Of a DNA stretch of 30,670 nucleotides, positions 9,791-17,734 are shown piece by piece; the first letter of the stretch is position 1, and each line of letters starts with the position of its first letter. Location of the stretch: contig CAYXGU010000001.1 in assembly GCA_964464645.1 (NCBI GenBank), forward strand, positions 1,716-32,385, written 5' to 3'. This DNA is from an uncultured Candidatus Saccharibacteria bacterium (GTDB lineage: Bacteria; Patescibacteriota; WWE3; UBA101185; UBA10185). Position numbers and translations under genes: made by a program. The notes beneath the pieces were generated by a model. That model was not told the origin of the DNA, did no database searches, and saw nothing but the letters and a program-made list of their open reading frames with translations.

Positions 9791-10297
9791 CAAGTACCCT
9801 GCTCCAAGCAATAAAAGAGGCAAAAATAACAAAAGGATGTTCTTTGCAGTTGGTTTTTCCAAAACATCTAGTCCTTTATAAATTGGATAAAGTAGGGCCG
9901 TTGAGAAAAACAGCATTACCAATACTTCATGCAGATTTGCTGACAAACTGTTTTCCCTAGACATAAAAGCTGTAGCAGAAAGCAGAACTATAATAAGGAA
10001 GAATAAGTTTGCGCCAGCCCTGCCCAAGTTTAGAAGATAGTGCCACTGGCTGACTAACGATCGTAAAGAAGCCGGATTCTTATCGACATACTTTGAGGCT
10101 AGAATGGCTACCGTTCTAAGTAAAGCAACTACACCACCTACAAAAACAAAGAATTTTAAGTATACGTGCTCAACTAGAATGGGGTCGGGAAGTTCCTTCA
10201 TTATAGAATTGTCTACAAAGATTCCATAAGCAAAAACTATAAGAAAAATGGTCTCTATGATAGCTGACAGCTTCTTTGTGTAAAAGAATTTTTCCAC
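9782..10297 (-). CDS. Hypothetical multi-pass membrane protein
   Basis: 171 aa with about 5 hydrophobic segments. TATACT 8 nt before the GTG; directly downstream of tRNA-Glu. Confidence 0.7.
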   Translation of the reverse strand: MEKFFYTKKLSAIIETIFLIVFAYGIFVDNSIMKELPDPILVEHVYLKFFVFVGGVVALLRTVAILASKYVDKNPASLRSLVSQWHYLLNLGRAGANLFFLIIVLLSATAFMSRENSLSANLHEVLVMLFFSTALLYPIYKGLDVLEKPTAKNILLLFLPLLLLGAGYLLL

Positions 10298-10346
10298 CTA
10301 GAAAGAGTATACCTAAAACTTAATGGAACAAAGCGACAAACACCTT

Positions 10347-10421
10347 TGGTGACCCCACGGGGAATCGAACCCCGGTTTCCAGGATGAGAACCTGACGTCC
10401 TGACCGCTAGACGATGGGGCC
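10347..10421 (-). tRNA. tRNA-Glu (anticodon CTC)
   Basis: GGCCCCA/TGGGGTC acceptor stem, TCAGG-TT-CTC-AT-CCTGG anticodon arm, GGTTCGATTCC T-arm, encoded CCA. Confidence 0.97.
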
Positions 10422-10554
10422 ACGGATCACAAACTAGCTCAAATAAGACATAGGAATTTTACCAAAAAACTAAAATTTGTGCGGGCACTACCTTTAGGTA
10501 GTTGTATAAGGAAGACTTGCTTCCTGCCCGCATATACACTTTTGGCTTCCCAAC

Positions 10555-10737
10555 TTAAAGCAGCCAGATCGCCACAACGAATACTGCGACAATCATGAGC
10601 GCAATGGCTGCTACAAGAGCCATTTCGCGGTTAAACACTGCCCACTGCTCTTTTTCTGCCTTTTGCAAAGGCGATAACCCGTCTGGGTCACTATAACCAC
10701 CCGTCAGGGTCCTTTGCTCTTGATCAATATCGCTCAC
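10555..10737 (-). CDS. Small membrane protein (60 aa, C-terminal TM)
   Basis: AGGAGG SD just upstream of the GTG; hydrophobic C-terminal helix. Confidence 0.65.
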   Translation of the reverse strand: MSDIDQEQRTLTGGYSDPDGLSPLQKAEKEQWAVFNREMALVAAIALMIVAVFVVAIWLL

Positions 10738-10757
10738 TTGTACCTCCTACTGATTTG

Positions 10758-10886
10758 CTAAATAAGAAGAATCGCGTACACAACCGCGATGCACCCCAAC
10801 GAGAAAACGAGTGTTGTCATAACAACACAACCAAGTGAAAACAAACGCTCCGCCAAATTTGGCTGTGGGTTTTGCGGTTTTGTCAT
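10758..10886 (-). CDS. Small membrane protein (42 aa), not in ORF track
   Basis: GGAGG-TAGAA-ATG, then MTKPQNPQPNLAERLFSLGCVVMTTLVFSLGCIAVVYAILLI*. Stops just before the next gene's SD. Confidence 0.6.
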   Translation of the reverse strand: MTKPQNPQPNLAERLFSLGCVVMTTLVFSLGCIAVVYAILLI

Positions 10887-10975
10887 TTCTACCTCCGCTA
10901 TGGGTTACTGAGTTGGGCGAATTCTACCACATTCCCAAACTTGCGCCTATATATCTAACCAAATATACTTAATTA

Positions 10976-11419
10976 ATGCCACAAAAGCCACTGTCTTCAA
11001 ATCTATTAATTGCGTTTTCTGCTTTGGCGATTTTGTCGCTTGCGGTTTATGTTAAGTTTTCGGCATTTGCACCCAAAGCACTAGTTGAAGTACCCGAAGT
11101 AAAAAGTGCCCAAAGCCAAATGCTCGATACAAATCTGCCGTACCCTAAAGGGTCCACAAAAATCGGCTCGAGCAACAGTTCGAGCACACAGCAAATTACA
11201 CTCGAAACACCACAATCGCAGGACGAGGTACAAAGTTTTTATAAAAATATTTTGCTGGAAGAAGGGTGGAAGGTTACAACCGAGTGGTATGCCGGCATTT
11301 TTCACACAGTTGAATACGCAAAAGACAACAAGGCAATTGCGATCTCAACGTCTACTCAACAATCAAACCAACCGGAAGCAAATAATCAAACAATTGTTGG
11401 AATCGAAATTACCCTCTAG
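10976..11419 (+). CDS. Hypothetical N-anchored exported protein
   Basis: 147 aa, N-terminal TM, LPYPKGS and FYKxxLxxxGW pattern. TATACT 6 nt before ATG. Confidence 0.7.
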   Translation: MPQKPLSSNLLIAFSALAILSLAVYVKFSAFAPKALVEVPEVKSAQSQMLDTNLPYPKGSTKIGSSNSSSTQQITLETPQSQDEVQSFYKNILLEEGWKVTTEWYAGIFHTVEYAKDNKAIAISTSTQQSNQPEANNQTIVGIEITL

Positions 11420-13137
11420 TCCTTTGTACCAACCAGATAGATTGCACGCCAGGGTTGGTAGCGGGTGGTAAAAGTGTCTTCATATAAAACTTCGTTTCCA
11501 CGGGTCACAGTGCGATCAAATGACGCCGTTCCGCCCCACGCCGAAAAATCCACTTGCTTGGTGACTCCTTTTTCTAGGGTCGGGTCATCTTGGTACAAGG
11601 GTTCTGGTGGCGCAACTACATTAACCAATATTGCCTCCGACAATTCTACTTGTCTACCATCCGGCGTGCCATATAGTTTAAAGCTTAGCGTGCTTTCGTC
11701 GGTGTTTGCGCTTGTAGTTACCAGAATGTAATTTGCGGTATCATTCTGAAATCTAAAATCAAGTCCCGGTTGGTATACCGAAGCATCAAATCCTGCCGGC
11801 ATATCTTGCTCGTAATAATACACCCGATATGCATGCGGATGTCTGGTCACAACCGGTAGTCCCGCATTTAGCACCGCCCGAAACAACGTGGTGGATGTTT
11901 GGCATACGCCCCCGCCATCGCCCAGCACCGTGCGCCCGTTTGAAATTACATATGCAGTCGCAAACCCCGTGGCCGCACTAATTTCACCCACCGTGTTGTT
12001 GAACGAGTATGTTTCGCCTGGCGGCACCAAAACGCCATCGGTACGCTCAGCGGCAAGAGTTAGATTATGAATTCGCGCCGACGCTGAGCCCTTGTACGAC
12101 GATGTGCCCTCGGCTAACAACGCGTGAATACCGTATTTTGCGGGGTCTTCGCTGCCTTCGACTTTGGTAACACTCAGCGCAACTGTAGTGCCACCACTCA
12201 AAAATGTATTTTTAAAATCACCCGTAAATTTTTGCTCGTCAAGTGCGGTTCCTGCACTCACAAATTCAAAGGTGATAACTTTGCCGTCTTCACCCTCGGT
12301 TACTTTTCCCTTTGGAAGCTTGTTTATCTCTTTTGCTAACCGTGCTGAATAAGCTTCAAGCGCAGGCGAGTTTATGTCTAGCTTGCCGGAACTCACCGCA
12401 ATAAAACTTACCAGCTCTTCGGGAGTAACTTCCCAAGTACGGTCTTCAAACGTAATGAAAAAGCCATTCTTAACCATGTCTTCGACCTGGGGCAAAAATA
12501 CTTCAAGCTGTTCTTTGGACAATTCAGGTTCTACCTTAACTACCTCGACTTTTTTGGCAGAAAAATCCATATTGTCAAAACTGGCAACAACCACATCGTA
12601 TAGCTTTTGCCCATCTACTTTTTCACCGGTTTTTTGGGGTACAACTGTTAGCTCACCATCTACGTATTGAAAGTATGCGTTATCGGAGGATTCGTTCACC
12701 TCACCTTTAACAAAAGACAATAGGTCGCTTAATGCGTCATCACGTAAGTCATAAAATGCATTTACTTTAAGTGGCTTAATCAATCCGGCAAGTTTATCTT
12801 TTGTGTCTAAAAAGAGGTTGCCTGTTCTGCCAATTTCAAACGCACGCACCACTGCCGCATCTGTGTTGTATACGAGTCCAAGCTCTTCCTGCGTAAACTC
12901 AAATGTGTTGTCGCCGTACACCAGCTGTAAATTTTTGGCTAATGCCTGCTCGTACTCGGTAACCTCGGCCTTAGCATCGACAAAGTTTTTGCCGCCAACA
13001 TACACTTCACCAATGTACACGCCTGGAATTATTTTTTGCGCATACACAAAGTGATACCCGCTAAAAATCGGCAGGCAAATGAGTAACCCGTAGGCTAATT
13101 CGCGAACATACTTAGTTGGCAACCGGACTTTTGGCAT
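11416..13137 (-). CDS. VanW family protein with peptidoglycan-binding (PG_binding_4-like) region and C-terminal G5-like domain
   Basis: SFNxTVG, GGGVCQTSTTLFRA, HPHAY..YY, DASVY.PGLDFRFQN; N-terminal TM. Confidence 0.92.
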   Translation of the reverse strand: MPKVRLPTKYVRELAYGLLICLPIFSGYHFVYAQKIIPGVYIGEVYVGGKNFVDAKAEVTEYEQALAKNLQLVYGDNTFEFTQEELGLVYNTDAAVVRAFEIGRTGNLFLDTKDKLAGLIKPLKVNAFYDLRDDALSDLLSFVKGEVNESSDNAYFQYVDGELTVVPQKTGEKVDGQKLYDVVVASFDNMDFSAKKVEVVKVEPELSKEQLEVFLPQVEDMVKNGFFITFEDRTWEVTPEELVSFIAVSSGKLDINSPALEAYSARLAKEINKLPKGKVTEGEDGKVITFEFVSAGTALDEQKFTGDFKNTFLSGGTTVALSVTKVEGSEDPAKYGIHALLAEGTSSYKGSASARIHNLTLAAERTDGVLVPPGETYSFNNTVGEISAATGFATAYVISNGRTVLGDGGGVCQTSTTLFRAVLNAGLPVVTRHPHAYRVYYYEQDMPAGFDASVYQPGLDFRFQNDTANYILVTTSANTDESTLSFKLYGTPDGRQVELSEAILVNVVAPPEPLYQDDPTLEKGVTKQVDFSAWGGTASFDRTVTRGNEVLYEDTFTTRYQPWRAIYLVGTKD

Positions 13138-13675
13138 GTTGAATATTTTCTTTGACCTTAAAAAGATTTCTGGATTTTATAAGGTACTTGGCAGGTTCTT
13201 GGCACATGTCTATGACTTCGTCTGCGTATTCGAACAGCTTTGCCGACCCTGTTTTGCCAAACGCAATTACTTCGGTTCGCACACCCTGACTCTTTGCGTA
13301 TTCGAGCATCGGTACATAATCACCGTCTCCCGACACCAAAATCATCACATCAATTTTTGGCAATAATCTAACAACATCCATACACAGTCCAACATCCCAA
13401 TCGCCTTTTTTTGACCCATCAAAAAACACCTGCAACTCTTTGGCCTTAACCTCAAACCCACGCTGTTCCAAAGCCGAGAAAAACTCGCTTTCAAGACCGA
13501 CATCGGCTTTAATAACATATGCAAATGCGCGAATTAACTTTCGAGTTGCAAGCCCTTCTTTTAGCACTCGGCCAAAATCAACCTTTGACGAATACAGGTT
13601 TTTTGCCGAATAGTACATATTTTGCACGTCTACAAAAATGGCGACTCTTTGTTCCATATGCTTTTGTGTGTTCAT
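13112..13675 (-). CDS. NYN domain (LabA/DUF88) PIN-like protein
   Basis: AIFVDVQNMY, KGDWDVGL, LVSGDGDY motifs. Confidence 0.92.
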   Translation of the reverse strand: MNTQKHMEQRVAIFVDVQNMYYSAKNLYSSKVDFGRVLKEGLATRKLIRAFAYVIKADVGLESEFFSALEQRGFEVKAKELQVFFDGSKKGDWDVGLCMDVVRLLPKIDVMILVSGDGDYVPMLEYAKSQGVRTEVIAFGKTGSAKLFEYADEVIDMCQEPAKYLIKSRNLFKVKENIQHAKSPVAN

Positions 13676-13773
13676 GCACTGATTTTAGCACCCTTTTGCC
13701 TATTCGCTATATATTGCGGTATCATATTAAAAGTTGTTATTTTTGATTATTTTTGGAAGGAGGAGATTGTAGA

Positions 13774-14037
13774 ATGTTTGACAATTTAAAAAAGATGTTA
13801 GGAATGGGCGGCAGTACAGACACAAATACAAGTAGTACAGGAGGCGTTATGCAAGATACAACCCCACAGGTAACTATGAATGAGGAGCCTGAAATGACCG
13901 GTACGGAAGAACCTGCTGACCAAAATATACAAGGTGTGCAAAGCGCACAAACTCAGACCGCGTCCGCTGAAACCAAAAAGTGTGAGTGCGGTAAGAACGG
14001 TTGCGTATGCAATGATGGCGAATGCGCCTGCGAATAG
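13774..14037 (+). CDS. Small acidic low-complexity protein with C-terminal (CxC)3 tail
   Basis: AGGAGG SD before ATG 13774; 87 aa ending KKCECGKNGCVCNDGECACE. Confidence 0.75.
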   Translation: MFDNLKKMLGMGGSTDTNTSSTGGVMQDTTPQVTMNEEPEMTGTEEPADQNIQGVQSAQTQTASAETKKCECGKNGCVCNDGECACE

Positions 14038-14104
14038 TTGGCGGCAGGCTGAGCGGTTGCATTTTTCCCAAAAAGGTAAATAATGTGGTGTGTTGGTAAG
14101 TACA

Positions 14105-14160
14105 TTGGGGATTGGTGTGACGCAAGAGTACTTGCTATCACCATCGTTGGGGATTGGTGT
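14105..14160 (+). repeat. 14-bp direct repeat of the tRNA-Gln 5' end enclosing a hairpin
   Basis: TTGGGGATTGGTGT at 14105-14118 and 14147-14160; GCAAG-AGTA-CTTGC hairpin between them. Confidence 0.85.
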
Positions 14161-14221
14161 AATGGCAGCACGCTGCACTCTGGATGCAGAAATCGGGGTT
14201 CGAATCCCTGATCCCCAGCCA
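14148..14221 (+). tRNA. tRNA-Gln (anticodon CTG)
   Basis: TGGGGAT/ATCCCCA acceptor (U1-A72), CTGCA-CT-CTG-GA-TGCAG anticodon arm, GGTTCGAATCC T-arm, encoded CCA. Confidence 0.97.
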
Positions 14222-14671
14222 TATAGCCTGGAGAAACCTTGTATGATATGGGTGATATACTTGTATAATGCTTATTAAAATTACACCAGAAATAATAAAT
14301 GCAGTTAAAACTATAGAGGGAATTTTAATTTCTAAGAATTATAAGAATCTTTCCTCCGAAAAAAGGACTAATAGATTAAGTAACGATGAGGTAGAAAAAG
14401 CGATTAAGAATTACGGAGGTTCTGTAACAGAAAGACCTGCACTCAGCTTATCTGATTTACAAGTTATTAAAATCGAAGGAAGTGATTTTGATACATATCA
14501 TGTAGACTACGATTTATATATTGACGGTAAACAAAGTGATCTCACATTATCGCTAATAGTTACCAACATTGACGGTAACTACGTAGCTTCAATAGAAGAT
14601 TTACACGTTTTATAAATCCTAGAGAATTAATTGGTTCCTGACCGACATGCTCAGCCATATAGCCTGGAGAA
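14216..14671 (+). repeat. 20-bp exact direct repeat spanning the tRNA CCA end, flanking one gene
   Basis: CAGCCATATAGCCTGGAGAA at 14216-14235 and 14652-14671. Confidence 0.95.
14268..14615 (+). CDS. Hypothetical protein (DUF7668-like), cassette 1 cargo
   Basis: 115 aa, AT-rich, SDLTLSL...IEDLHVL C-terminus. Own TGA-TATACT 6 nt before ATG. Confidence 0.7.
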   Translation: MLIKITPEIINAVKTIEGILISKNYKNLSSEKRTNRLSNDEVEKAIKNYGGSVTERPALSLSDLQVIKIEGSDFDTYHVDYDLYIDGKQSDLTLSLIVTNIDGNYVASIEDLHVL

Positions 14672-14740
14672 GACGCATACAGGACAGTTAGCAATAAAAA
14701 AATAATTGAAAATGTACTTTAGAAGTAATATTTTATATCA

Positions 14741-15382
14741 ATGACTATCCCATTCTCAAAAGAAGATTTTTTTGAAATATTCGCAAGCTATAACAATGCG
14801 ATATTTCCTATGCAATTTTTTCTAATTGCCATAGCATTGGTATCGGTTTTTATTGTACTTAAAGGAAATATCAAGTATAAATTTGTTGTTCCAGCAACCC
14901 TAGCTTTTTTGTGGGCATGGATGGGAATTGCCTATCATATAATGTTTTTTTCACAGATAAACCCCGTTGCAAAATTATTTGGATTTGTATTTGTCATTCA
15001 ATCTGTGATTTTCATCTTTGTAGGATTAGTGAGGAAAGATCTTAACTTTGTTAAGCCAAAAGGGTTCAGCTTATATTTATCAATCACTCTACTTATATAT
15101 GCGTTTCTTATCTACCCATTAATAACGATAAGAACCGGACACACGTATCCAAGCATGCCAACTTTTGGTCTTCCTTGTCCGACAACGATTTATACTTTTG
15201 GAATTCTCTTACTTACAGATTTGAAAAAACTACCCAAATACGTAATCGTTATTCCGGCATCTTGGGCTATTATAGGATCAACTGCAGCGTTTAAACTTGG
15301 GATAGTTGCGGATACAATGTTATTTATCAGTTTATTTGGGTTTCTTGGAACAATTTACATCAAGAAAAAAACAACTCTATAG
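14741..15382 (+). CDS. DUF6064-like multi-pass membrane protein, cassette 2 cargo
   Basis: PFSKEDFFEIFASYN..IFPMQ, W.WMGIAYH, PTFGLPCPTTIYT; about 7 TM segments. Confidence 0.8.
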   Translation: MTIPFSKEDFFEIFASYNNAIFPMQFFLIAIALVSVFIVLKGNIKYKFVVPATLAFLWAWMGIAYHIMFFSQINPVAKLFGFVFVIQSVIFIFVGLVRKDLNFVKPKGFSLYLSITLLIYAFLIYPLITIRTGHTYPSMPTFGLPCPTTIYTFGILLLTDLKKLPKYVIVIPASWAIIGSTAAFKLGIVADTMLFISLFGFLGTIYIKKKTTL

Positions 15383-15578
15383 AGTAATTTGGTTTCCGAC
15401 TGACCTGCTCAGCCAGTAAGAGTAAGATCGCTAAAGACAGGATTCTAGTTCAATTAAGTCGAGTAAAACACAAAAAGTAAGTAATTGACAACACTGACGC
15501 GTTCATTTTTCAGGCCGAAGCTTTGCAAGAACAACAAAGCCACAAACATCACCCACAATGGCTTGATATAATGCATAA

Positions 15579-17051
15579 ATGAATCTGAAAGAACTTTTGA
15601 AGGGGTTGGACTGGAACGGGGAGGTAAATAAAGAAGCACCCAACGAAGTATCCTCGATAACAACCGATTCTAGAAATAGTGTGAAGAACTCTTTATTTAT
15701 AGCCATACGCGGTGTGGCTGTTGATGGTCATTCGTATATTTTGGATGCCATTAAGCATGGGGCTAGAGTTATTGTTCATGAAAAAAGCACTGTAAAGCCT
15801 AAGCATTATCCGCAAATTCTATTTATAAAAGTGGGCGACTCACGAAAAGCTAGTGCAATTATTGCCGCAAACTACCACGGCAACGTGCACAAGAGAATGA
15901 AACTGTTTAGTATTACTGGCACTAACGGCAAAACTACAACCAGCGAGTTAACTTATCAACTACTTAAAAAACTAAAGAAAAAGGTTGGGCTTATTTCAAC
16001 AGTATCAGCTAAGTTTTCTGGGTCTGAACTTGACACCGGCTACCACGTAACAACACCCGATTCAATAGAACTGCACAAAATAATTGCCACTATGTACAAA
16101 AAGGGCTGTGAGCATCTAATTATTGAAACAACTTCTCACGGTTTGGATCAACACAGAACTTGGGGACTAAACTTTGAAGTCGGCGCAGTCACAAACGTCA
16201 CACCCGAACATCTGGATTATCACAAAACCTTTACCAAATATTTAAATGCAAAGGCTAGACTATTTGATCAATCTAATGTAACTTTGCTAAACAAATTCGA
16301 TCCAGCTTTGTACAAACTTGTAAAGAGACTTCCGACACACGCTAAGTACGAAATTGTTGATTACACAAAGCTTAAATTCCCAAAAGCATTCGTCAACAAG
16401 TTTCCGGGACAATACAATCTGGAAAACGCCGCCATGGCACATGCGATTGTAGAGAAGATTGCGGGCGTAAGTACCGCGCGTTATTTTGGCAGTCTACAAA
16501 GTGTTAGAGGTAGAATGGAAGTCATTAAAACAAAAACTAACATTACAATTGTGATTGACTTTGCGCACGATGCTACAGCATTGGAAAATGTCTTAAAAGT
16601 TGCAAAAACACTCACGGAAAACAAGCTAATTCTAGTATTTGGGTGCGCCGGGCTTAGAGACACAGCAAAACGGCCAAAGATGGGTGGGTTAGCTGTAAAG
16701 TTGGCTGACCAAGCCGTATTAACAGCTGAGGATCCTAGGACCGAGAAACTAGCCAATATAAATAAGGAAATAGTCGGCGGGATAACAGCAGTCGGCGGTA
16801 AAATAAACAGAGACTATTTTGTCATAGATGATAGGCAAGAAGCTATAAATTTTGCAATTAACAAACTGGCCAAAGATGGCGATTTAGTTTTAATTACAGG
16901 AAAGGGGCACGAAAAATCAATGTGCTTTGGAACTACAGAATACCCATGGTCAGATCAACAGGCTGTTAAGAATGCATTAGCCTTGCAATCTTCGTACAAC
17001 AACATCCCCATCTCTCAAGTAATTAGTCCACCTATCATAACCGTCGACTAG
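15579..17051 (+). CDS. murE: UDP-N-acetylmuramoyl-tripeptide synthetase MurE
   Basis: DSR, ITGTNGKTTT, TTP, EHLDYH, GRME, IDFAH, FGCAGLRD, GKGHE motifs. Confidence 0.93.
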   Translation: MNLKELLKGLDWNGEVNKEAPNEVSSITTDSRNSVKNSLFIAIRGVAVDGHSYILDAIKHGARVIVHEKSTVKPKHYPQILFIKVGDSRKASAIIAANYHGNVHKRMKLFSITGTNGKTTTSELTYQLLKKLKKKVGLISTVSAKFSGSELDTGYHVTTPDSIELHKIIATMYKKGCEHLIIETTSHGLDQHRTWGLNFEVGAVTNVTPEHLDYHKTFTKYLNAKARLFDQSNVTLLNKFDPALYKLVKRLPTHAKYEIVDYTKLKFPKAFVNKFPGQYNLENAAMAHAIVEKIAGVSTARYFGSLQSVRGRMEVIKTKTNITIVIDFAHDATALENVLKVAKTLTENKLILVFGCAGLRDTAKRPKMGGLAVKLADQAVLTAEDPRTEKLANINKEIVGGITAVGGKINRDYFVIDDRQEAINFAINKLAKDGDLVLITGKGHEKSMCFGTTEYPWSDQQAVKNALALQSSYNNIPISQVISPPIITVD

Positions 17052-17717
17052 TACTTTCTTACCACGCATATGTATTTTGCTGACGGTAATTCCGTCTCTT
17101 GCCATGGAGCAATCGGCAAGCTGTAAAGTGCTGTCAAGTTCAACCAAAATACCGATGTGCGTGTGATCTTTTGTGACAAGAAGGTCTAGGGGCATTAAAT
17201 CTGCGTAGTTTGTTACTTCCCCTAGCTGTTCGGAATCAAAAATAAATGCCCCGGCATGTGACGGTTTCATAGTTTCTGGGTCAGCCCAAGCCATAAGCTT
17301 AAGAATTTCTGTTTTCTGCTCCTTTTCTATTTCTGTCAAGATATTGTAAATGTAGCCGGAACAATCCAACCCAACATGCATTTCAACCATCCACTTCCTC
17401 ATGATTTCCGGGTCTGTTGGACTGTAGCTAAGTCTATCAAGCTCTACTACCAGCCTTGCTAGATCTGCGGTTATTTGTTCCGGCGAGCCCTTGCCGCCGG
17501 TACTGCCAAGCGGGGTTTTGCCATCCTTTATAAGCTGGATTGCTTTTTTAATTAGGTCTGTTTCGATGCCCGCTTCTCGCATTACCTGTTTATAAACCTG
17601 CTCAGCGGTGTTAATGAAATATGGCACTTTTAAGGTAGTGTCTCTAAATGGTATGTTTTGGTATTTAGTGGTGACTTGAAGGGCAATAGAATTTCCCTTT
17701 ACTATATCGATATTCAT
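16977..17717 (-). CDS. NlpC/P60-like (papain-fold) hypothetical protein
   Basis: GKGSPEQI, GLDCSGY (candidate catalytic Cys) and HTHIGILV (candidate His). TATAAT 7 nt before ATG. Confidence 0.65.
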   Translation of the reverse strand: MNIDIVKGNSIALQVTTKYQNIPFRDTTLKVPYFINTAEQVYKQVMREAGIETDLIKKAIQLIKDGKTPLGSTGGKGSPEQITADLARLVVELDRLSYSPTDPEIMRKWMVEMHVGLDCSGYIYNILTEIEKEQKTEILKLMAWADPETMKPSHAGAFIFDSEQLGEVTNYADLMPLDLLVTKDHTHIGILVELDSTLQLADCSMARDGITVSKIHMRGKKVLVDGYDRWTNYLRDGDVVVRRLQG

Positions 17718-17734
17718 GCTGAGTATTATACCTT

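Larger units (their letters stand above)
14222..15415 (+). mobile_element. Putative tRNA-Gln-anchored tandem gene-cassette array (2 cassettes, no recombinase)
   Basis: tRNA 3' end, gene A, site 14619-14657, gene B, site 15377-15415. The two sites are 31/39 identical without gaps and end in CAGCCA like the tRNA. Confidence 0.65.

Noticed and set aside
13953-14222. ORF MAGDQGFEPRFLHPECSVLPLHQSP
   Set aside because: Typical antisense translation of a tRNA gene.
14105-15415. Repeats as a CRISPR array or classical integron
   Set aside because: Spacing is gene-sized, no cas or intI is present, and there are no attC R/L-box palindromes.
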